Positions 57,907-64,000 of a stretch of DNA of 64,000 nucleotides are shown here, in pieces. The DNA comes from a candidate division FCPU426 bacterium (GTDB lineage: Bacteria; Oederibacteriota; JAAXVQ01; JAUVAV01). A program made the position numbers and the translations under genes. The DNA is taken from positions 1 through 64,000 of the forward strand of contig DAOWGI010000004.1 in NCBI GenBank assembly GCA_030637655.1. Reading direction: 5' to 3'. How positions within the stretch are numbered: position 1 is the stretch's first letter; each line of letters begins with the position of its first letter. Below the pieces are notes generated by a model. It saw only the letters and a list, made by a program, of their open reading frames with translations. It searched no databases and was not told the origin of the DNA.

Positions 57907-59754
57907 GTGAATAACTCGTTAAAGACATTATCTTTTTGGTTGTTTATTTTTGTGGTTGTCATCATGCTGGTCAATTACATCAATCTGCCCAAACGTATTG
58001 GGCAGAAACAATATACGTATTCGGAATTTTTAAAAGATGTGAAGCAGGGCGAAATTTCCCAAGTGGTTATTGTTCAGAAAGAACAATCCGGCAAAGAAAT
58101 CACCGGGAAGCGGAAAGACGACACCTCGTTTAACCTGATAGCACCCTCGGATGACCCCTTGCTGTTTAATACCCTGCACAATAAAAATGTTGAGATTGTG
58201 AGTAAGATTCCTCAAACCTCAGTGGGACAATGGCTGGCAACCTTTTTCTTTTCCTGGGGTCCGGTGGTTGCTTTTATTTTATTCTGGTTGTACTATCTGA
58301 ATAAAATGCAGGGCGGCGCCGGCGGCGCCATGTCCTTTGGTAAAAGTAAAGCTAAACTGCAAACGGCCAGCAACCGACCGAAGGTGACTTTTGTTGACGT
58401 GGCTGGAGTAGATGAAGCCAAGCAAGATCTGGAAGAAATCATTGAATATTTAAAAGATCCCGGTAAATTTCAACGGCTGGGGGGCAAAATCCCCAAAGGC
58501 GTTTTATTGCTTGGTCCACCGGGAACCGGAAAAACGCTTTTGGCCCGGGCGGTGGCAGGTGAGGCCGCAGTTCCTTTCTATAGTATTTCGGGTTCGGATT
58601 TTGTAGAAATGTTTGTGGGTGTGGGTGCTTCCCGGGTCCGCGATTTATTTGATCAGGGCAAGAAAAATTCACCCTGTATTATTTTTATCGATGAAATCGA
58701 TGCGGTCGGACGTCATCGCGGAGCAGGCTTGGGCGGTGGACATGATGAACGAGAGCAAACCTTAAATCAGCTGCTGGTGGAAATGGATGGCTTTGAGACC
58801 AATTCCGGCGTGATTCTGATCGCTGCGACCAACCGGCCGGATGTCCTGGATCCCGCCTTGTTGCGTCCCGGTCGTTTTGACCGGCAGGTGGTGGTGGACC
58901 GTCCGGATCTTTTAGGGCGGGTAGGTATTTTAAAAGTGCACACCAAGGGCATTACGCTGGGGCCGGATGCGGACATTCAAATTCTGGCGCGACGCACACC
59001 CGGTTTTTCCGGCGCGGATCTGGCGAATCTGGTCAACGAAGCAGCGCTCCTGGCTGCTCGCAGAAACAAACGCGCGGTCTCGATGCCCGAGTTGGAAGAA
59101 TCCATTGAACGGGTGTTGGCCGGTCCGGAGCGCAAGAGTCGTGTAATCTCGAAGAAAGAGAAAGAGGTTATTGCGTATCATGAGTCAGGTCACGCTCTGG
59201 TGGCAAAAATGATTCCCGGCACGAATCCGGTACACAAAGTTTCCATAATTCCCCGCGGCAACACGGCCTTAGGATACACCTTGCAATTACCCTTGGAGGA
59301 TCGTTTTTTGAACATGCGGGAAGAACTCATGGGTGACATCTCAGTACTGCTGGCCGGCCGGGCAGCGGAAGATCTGGTCTTTCATGAAATCACCACCGGT
59401 GCGGCCAATGATCTGGAACGTGTCACGGATATTGCGCATCGCATGGTTTGTGAATATGGGATGTCCAAAGAGATGGGCTCAAGGACATACGGAAAAAAAG
59501 ACCATGAAGTGTTTTTGGGCAAAGATTTGGTAAAAGAAAAAAATTACAGTGAGAGCACTGCCCAGGCCATTGATCGCGAGATCCGCGAAATTGTGACTAC
59601 TGCGTATGAACGCGCATGCAACTTGTTGAAAAAGCATGAAAGCAAGCTGCACAAACTCGCTTCAACGTTGCTGGAAAAAGAAGTCATTGAAGGCGACGAA
59701 ATAAATCAGATTTTGAATAACAAAATGCCGGCACCAAAGCAAGCCAAAGCCTAA
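57907..59754 (+). CDS. ftsH: ATP-dependent zinc metalloprotease FtsH
   Basis: Two TMs, [47 protein letters not shown] before GTG. Confidence 0.98.
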   Translation: MNNSLKTLSFWLFIFVVVIMLVNYINLPKRIGQKQYTYSEFLKDVKQGEISQVVIVQKEQSGKEITGKRKDDTSFNLIAPSDDPLLFNTLHNKNVEIVSKIPQTSVGQWLATFFFSWGPVVAFILFWLYYLNKMQGGAGGAMSFGKSKAKLQTASNRPKVTFVDVAGVDEAKQDLEEIIEYLKDPGKFQRLGGKIPKGVLLLGPPGTGKTLLARAVAGEAAVPFYSISGSDFVEMFVGVGASRVRDLFDQGKKNSPCIIFIDEIDAVGRHRGAGLGGGHDEREQTLNQLLVEMDGFETNSGVILIAATNRPDVLDPALLRPGRFDRQVVVDRPDLLGRVGILKVHTKGITLGPDADIQILARRTPGFSGADLANLVNEAALLAARRNKRAVSMPELEESIERVLAGPERKSRVISKKEKEVIAYHESGHALVAKMIPGTNPVHKVSIIPRGNTALGYTLQLPLEDRFLNMREELMGDISVLLAGRAAEDLVFHEITTGAANDLERVTDIAHRMVCEYGMSKEMGSRTYGKKDHEVFLGKDLVKEKNYSESTAQAIDREIREIVTTAYERACNLLKKHESKLHKLASTLLEKEVIEGDEINQILNNKMPAPKQAKA

Positions 59755-59798
59755 GCTGTAACCACGGCCTTTGAAGCCGGCTCCTGGAAAGGAAATGT

Positions 59799-60659
59799 AT
59801 GGGTAGCCCGTTTCGAGGTCCGTTTTTGCAAACCGGATCGATTCGTCTCTCTCTGGCACAAGGGCCCTTGATCATGGGCATCATCAATATTACTCCTGAT
59901 TCTTTTTCGGATGGCGGTAAAATTTCAACACCGGCCCAAGCATTGCAACGCGCCCGGGCATTAGTGGCTGCCGGCGCGGATATTTTAGATCTGGGAGCAG
60001 AATCCACCCGGCCCGGCGCCAGACCGCTGTCTGGAGCAGAGGAACGCGAACAACTGCTGCCAACACTCAAGAAAATCGCGCGCTTATCCGTGCCCATCTC
60101 AGTAGATACCTATAAACCCGAAGTGGCTGCTGCTGCGCTGGATGCCGGGGCGCATATCATCAATGATGTCACCGGCTTACGGCATCCGCTGATGCGCAAA
60201 TTGGCGGCAGAGCGTAAAGTGCCGGTGGTAATTATGCATATGCGGGGTATGCCGCAGAACATGCAAAAAGCGCCACGCTATCATAACGTGGTTCAGGATG
60301 TGAAACATGAGTTGCTGCGCGCGGCCCGGCTGGCAGAACGCGAGGGCGTACAACGCCGCCGGATTATACTGGATCCGGGAATAGGTTTTGGTAAAACAGC
60401 AAAGCATAATTTGTTGTTGCTGCAAAATCTCCATACCTTGGTTGCTGCCGGTTATCCGGTGCTGTTGGGACCTTCCCGGAAATCATTTATTGCCGCGGTA
60501 GTTGGCCGGCAATTGCCGCAGGAACGTGTGTGGGGAACGGCTGCCGCTATTGCCGCGGCTGTAGCGCAAGGCGTCCGAATACTTCGTGTGCATGACGTGT
60601 CAGAGATGAAGCAAGTGGCGCTCGTGGCCAGGGCCATTTCCGTCGGACGGGTGAAATGA
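59799..60659 (+). CDS. folP: Dihydropteroate synthase
   Basis: MGIINITPDSFSDGG, GAESTRPGA, DPGIGFGK, SRKSF, RVHDV. Confidence 0.96.
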   Translation: MGSPFRGPFLQTGSIRLSLAQGPLIMGIINITPDSFSDGGKISTPAQALQRARALVAAGADILDLGAESTRPGARPLSGAEEREQLLPTLKKIARLSVPISVDTYKPEVAAAALDAGAHIINDVTGLRHPLMRKLAAERKVPVVIMHMRGMPQNMQKAPRYHNVVQDVKHELLRAARLAEREGVQRRRIILDPGIGFGKTAKHNLLLLQNLHTLVAAGYPVLLGPSRKSFIAAVVGRQLPQERVWGTAAAIAAAVAQGVRILRVHDVSEMKQVALVARAISVGRVK

Positions 60660-60672
60660 AAAAATGGTGACC

Positions 60673-60802
60673 GTAGGGGCGACCCTTGCGGTCGCCCTTT
60701 GGCAGGGCACCCGTAGTGGGGTTCCCGGCAGGGCTGGGCAGGGCACACGTAGTGGGGTTCCCGGCAGGGCAGGGCAGGGCACCTGTAAAGGGTGTCCCCT
60801 AC
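60673..60802. repeat. GTAG REP doublet with an internal 39-bp tandem duplication between folP and cdaA
   Basis: gtaggggcgacccttgcggtcgccc; two copies of ggcagggcac.cgtagtggggttcccggcagggc; closing gtgtcccctac. Confidence 0.8.
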
Positions 60803-60826
60803 AGGGCCAAGGAGGAAAGGCATATT

Positions 60827-61603
60827 ATGCCTCAAGAATTAACCCGGTGGTATCAACTCATTTTGGATTTTCGCTGGCAGGATGCGGTGGATATTATATT
60901 GGTCACTATTTTAATGTATCGCATCCTGTTGATGCTCCGTGATACCCGTGCCATGCAAATGCTAAAAGGATTCTTAGTATTGCTGGTCTTTGCATTTGTG
61001 GGAGCGCAGTTTCAATTGTATACCATCAACTGGTTGCTCACCAGTCTCTGGGCAGTGTGGTTGATTGCCTTTACCATTATGTTCCAGCCGGAACTGCGAC
61101 GTGTCTTGATCCAGTTGGGACGCCGCCGGATGTTTATGGGCATCCTAAAAGAAGAGGCCAGGTTGTACAAAGAAATTACCGAGGCCTGTCGAGTTCTGGC
61201 GCGCAGAAAAATCGGAGCCCTGATTGTTTTGGAGCGGAATGTCAATTTGAAAAATTATATTGATACCGGCACCAACCTGGATGCCGAATTGACTGCCGAG
61301 CTTCTGGTTACCATATTTGTTCCCAAAACACCCCTGCATGACGGCGCGGTGGTAGTGCGGGAGTGGAGAGCAGTTGCTGCCGGTTGCATCTTGCCCTTGA
61401 CTCAGGATCCTAATGTGTCTAAAAACTACGGAACGCGTCATCGGGCAGCCATTGGCATTACGGAAGAGACCGATGCAGTGGCGATTGTGGTCTCCGAAGA
61501 AAACAGGAGTATTTCCTTGGCAGTGGGAGGCAAGATTACACCTGCCATTGATAGTCAGACCTTAGAGGAAATGTTGACCTTATATGGACCCAAGAGGGGG
61601 TAA
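60827..61603 (+). CDS. cdaA: Diadenylate cyclase CdaA
   Basis: Three TMs, FQPELRR, GALIV, PLHDGA, GTRHRAAIG, VVSEE. Confidence 0.95.
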   Translation: MPQELTRWYQLILDFRWQDAVDIILVTILMYRILLMLRDTRAMQMLKGFLVLLVFAFVGAQFQLYTINWLLTSLWAVWLIAFTIMFQPELRRVLIQLGRRRMFMGILKEEARLYKEITEACRVLARRKIGALIVLERNVNLKNYIDTGTNLDAELTAELLVTIFVPKTPLHDGAVVVREWRAVAAGCILPLTQDPNVSKNYGTRHRAAIGITEETDAVAIVVSEENRSISLAVGGKITPAIDSQTLEEMLTLYGPKRG

Positions 61604-61611
61604 CGCACACA

Positions 61612-62049
61612 ATGCCGAAATCGCCGCGACGTTGGAATACATTCTGGCAGGAAAAGGTGGTGAGCAACTGGCGGTACAAACTATCGGCTTTAGCCGCAGC
61701 TCTTATCATTTGGGCCTACGTTGCCGGTCAGCAATCCATGCAGGCTGTATATAAAGTTCCGGTCTATTTTCAGAATATTCCAGCCGGCCGTATTTTGGCG
61801 AATCCCAAAATACAAAAAATACAGGTGACCATTTCCGGTCGTCGTGACCGCATCCTTTCCCTGAAAGAGCGGCAAATTTGGGTGGCCATCGAATTGTCCA
61901 GCATGAAAGTCGGTAAAAATATTTATAAACTCAACAAGCAGGATATTGTGGTTCCCGGCGGCATCGAGGTCAAAACCTTCACTCCTAAAAAAATCAGCAT
62001 ACGTCTAATAAAAACCAAGAAAATAAAGGAAAAAACCAAGCCTGAATAA
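61612..62049 (+). CDS. CdaR/YbbR-like regulator (single domain)
   Basis: NWRYKLSALAAALIIWAYV, follows cdaA; one YbbR-like repeat. Confidence 0.8.
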   Translation: MPKSPRRWNTFWQEKVVSNWRYKLSALAAALIIWAYVAGQQSMQAVYKVPVYFQNIPAGRILANPKIQKIQVTISGRRDRILSLKERQIWVAIELSSMKVGKNIYKLNKQDIVVPGGIEVKTFTPKKISIRLIKTKKIKEKTKPE

Positions 62050-62065
62050 TGTTTGCAAATTTTAG

Positions 62066-62279
62066 GTAACTACTCAGGTGGGTAAAGAAAGTATTCAAAT
62101 ATTCACGCTTGGCAGGTCACTTTGGTCTTTTTTCAAGCATTGCAAAGCGGAAAACCAAGGTCTAAGCTGGTAACGGGCAATAGGGGGATATGCTTTTCTA
62201 AACCACATTTCCGCAGTTACCGCTGCCACGCTTGAAAAAAGATCAAACCGCCCTGCTCCTGGCAGACCTGAGTAGTTAC
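62066..62279. mobile_element. 214-bp MITE-like element with perfect 14-bp terminal inverted repeats
   Basis: gtaactactcaggt...acctgagtagttac; no ORF inside. Confidence 0.75.
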
Positions 62280-62366
62280 GATTTTAGAGATATTTTTTTG
62301 ATTATTCCGCAAACAAAAGGAACTTTTGGTCAACCATTAGCATAGTACTTATTGAAAGGAGGGCAG

Positions 62367-62906
62367 ATGACCGCGTTGGATCTGAAACTTGCAAAACGTT
62401 TTCAGGCGGGTGATTTGGAAGCTTTGCGAGTTATTGTGGAAACCTATCAAACGCGGTTGTTTGGGATGGGAATCCGCCTGTTGGGTCAGCAGGCGGAGGC
62501 TGCGGATTTTTGTCAGGAGGCTTTCTTGCATGCGTTTGAGAAACGCCGTTGGTATGATCCCAAACGCCCCTTTGAACCCTGGTTTTTTAAAGTGGCGATA
62601 AATTTGGGCAGAGAACGTTTGCGGCGCCGGCGGGAAATACCCATGGGTGATGATATGCCTGTGAAATCCGTGGCTGCGCAGGGAGACCAGGAGTTATTGC
62701 AGCAAGAGAGACAAGCAAAAGTACAGGCAGCACTGGCCAAGTTAAAACCCAAATACCGAGAGAGTTTGGCGCTGCGATTTGAATCGGACATGAGTTTAAA
62801 AGAGATGGCCGCGACTTTGGGCATCGCCTTAGGAACTGTGAAATCCCGGTTGAATCGAGGACTCCAGGCATTCCAAAAAGCCTATGAAAGCGTAGGAGGT
62901 GAATGA
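62367..62906 (+). CDS. ECF RNA polymerase sigma factor
   Basis: GDLEAL, AADFCQEAF, FEPWFFKVAIN, SLKEMAATLGIALGTVKSRLNRG; GGAACTT -35-like box at about 62319. Confidence 0.93.
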   Translation: MTALDLKLAKRFQAGDLEALRVIVETYQTRLFGMGIRLLGQQAEAADFCQEAFLHAFEKRRWYDPKRPFEPWFFKVAINLGRERLRRRREIPMGDDMPVKSVAAQGDQELLQQERQAKVQAALAKLKPKYRESLALRFESDMSLKEMAATLGIALGTVKSRLNRGLQAFQKAYESVGGE

Positions 62907-63385
62907 GTATGCAGTGCGCGCAAGCAGAAGTATGGATTACGCAGCGTGTTTTTACTGCCCTAACACCGGAGCAAGAACAAGAGTTGCAGGAGCATTTGGC
63001 GCAGTGTTCAGAATGCCAAGCCCTGGCCGGAAAGTACAGCCGAGCCGTTGCCGCCCTGGAAGAAAAACCCAAGACCGACCCGGATCCGTATTTGGCAAGC
63101 CGTGTTGTTCATCGGGCCCAGGAACAGACAGCATTGGGGATGAAAAAGTCTACTTCACAATGGTGGCTTTTGGTTCCGGCCAGCCTTGCGGTGTTGGCGC
63201 TGGTCATAGTGACCACACCACGTTGGATAAATTCTCCGGCCATGAGTACGCAGGAAACCATAGACGCGTACACGGAGGATATAAAGGCGCTCGGCTTTTG
63301 GGAGGAAGATGTGAATGGGAACGGGGATACGTTTGATTATGAAAATTATGGTGTGCCTACAGAAGTATCAGAACATTTAATTTAA
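62903..63385 (+). CDS. Zinc-finger (Hx3Cx2C) transmembrane anti-sigma factor
   Basis: HLAQCSEC, single TM; ATGA overlap with the sigma gene. Confidence 0.85.
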   Translation: MSMQCAQAEVWITQRVFTALTPEQEQELQEHLAQCSECQALAGKYSRAVAALEEKPKTDPDPYLASRVVHRAQEQTALGMKKSTSQWWLLVPASLAVLALVIVTTPRWINSPAMSTQETIDAYTEDIKALGFWEEDVNGNGDTFDYENYGVPTEVSEHLI

Positions 63386-63406
63386 CTGAAAAGGGGAGTA
63401 AAAAAA

Positions 63407-63886
63407 ATGAGAAAAAAAATAATGCAGAGAACGTTAGGAGCAGTTCTGGCAGTGGTTTTTCTATCCGGAGTTGCGCAGGCAATGCCGCCGGGGGGTCCGC
63501 ACCATGATCAGAAAGGGCCTATGGAAGGGGATGAACCCCGTTTGCTTGAGAGCCTGCAGCTGACCCAGGACCAGATTCAGTTGCTCAAACAAGAAAAGTT
63601 TGAAAAGCGAAAAAAAGCGATCAAGCTGAGAGCGGAAATGGAGACCTTGCAGATTGATCTGGAAGCAGTAAGCACAGAATCCAAACCGGATGTGGCGAAA
63701 GTGGACCGATTGACAAACGCCATGGGTGTGATTCACGGCAAGATGATCGCCCAACGGGTTAAATCCATCATCTATTTGCGTTCCATACTTACTGCTGAGC
63801 AGATAAAGATCATGGACGCACGAGGACTGCAGTTTGACAGGAAGGGTAAAAAGGGACACAAACCAAGGGGTAAAGGGCGGCGGTAA
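63407..63886 (+). CDS. Spy/CpxP-family periplasmic protein
   Basis: Signal peptide, LQLTQDQ and ILTAEQ (LTxxQ motifs). Confidence 0.85.
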   Translation: MRKKIMQRTLGAVLAVVFLSGVAQAMPPGGPHHDQKGPMEGDEPRLLESLQLTQDQIQLLKQEKFEKRKKAIKLRAEMETLQIDLEAVSTESKPDVAKVDRLTNAMGVIHGKMIAQRVKSIIYLRSILTAEQIKIMDARGLQFDRKGKKGHKPRGKGRR

Positions 63887-63894
63887 TTAGAATT

Positions 63895-63965
63895 GTAGGG
63901 GCGAGGTGCCCTCGCCCACCAGATAAGGGTACATGTATGTAAGGGCGCGGTAACCGCGCCCTTCG
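63895..63965. repeat. GTAG REP hairpins
   Basis: gtaggggcgaggtgccctcgccc; agggcgcggtaaccgcgccct. Confidence 0.7.
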
Positions 63966-64000
63966 CATGTCATTTCGCGCGAAGCGAGAAATCTTTAAGT

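Noticed and set aside
60700-60790. Repeat-spacer-like pattern between folP and cdaA, and the extended cdaA N-terminus from 60686
   Set aside because: The intervening sequences are identical, so it is a tandem duplication within a REP doublet; the RBS supports a start at 60827.
1050-63859. Numerous antisense and alternate-frame ORFs in the track
   Set aside because: They overlap well-supported genes and lack motifs or RBS; treated as shadow ORFs.

Overview
Bacterial chromosomal window; the lineage cannot be fixed from sequence alone, but Lnt and a Spy/CpxP-type protein suggest a diderm envelope. (1) 1-8340: an AT-richer accessory block with a tandem array of DUF4157 (eCIS-associated HExxH domain) proteins. 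Each has an N-terminal CxCxGxCPxC leader and a different C-terminal cargo (Zn-phospholipase C/S1-P1 fold, lysozyme/SLT-like, unknown beta-rich, M14 peptidase); one copy is a degenerate leader only, and there are no intervening immunity genes. (2) prfC, a UbiA-type decaprenyl-phosphate phosphoribosyltransferase and a 1581-aa ArnT-like GT-C + DUF2298 (YYY) fusion. (3) A type II FAS/PKS-like cluster with two KS + CLF-like pairs, ACP, a PigC/RPH-type PEP-utilising enzyme, Lnt, FabZ-like, PlsC-like and FabG. It is split by a ~5.8 kb REP-bounded island carrying a RAYT, MNT-HEPN, an IS3 end, a REC-TIR fusion, XRE, a response regulator with an in-frame REP, a decayed wHTH-MNT/HEPN pair and an ORF6N gene. 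(4) cinA-DUF1844-thpR, SDRs, a TPR-PBP fusion, DUF4340. (5) A kinase/FlgM-like/sigma54-activator/sigma28 module with matching promoters but no flagellar genes, Fur-FeoA, tRNA-Met, and an SDH/Clp protease islet. (6) Core genes: homocysteine methyltransferase-MTHFR, MFS-spermidine synthase, tilS, ftsH, folP, cdaA, cdaR, ECF sigma/anti-sigma/Spy. The intergenic space is rich in nested REP and MITE-like elements. All domain calls come from motif recognition by eye, not database searches.
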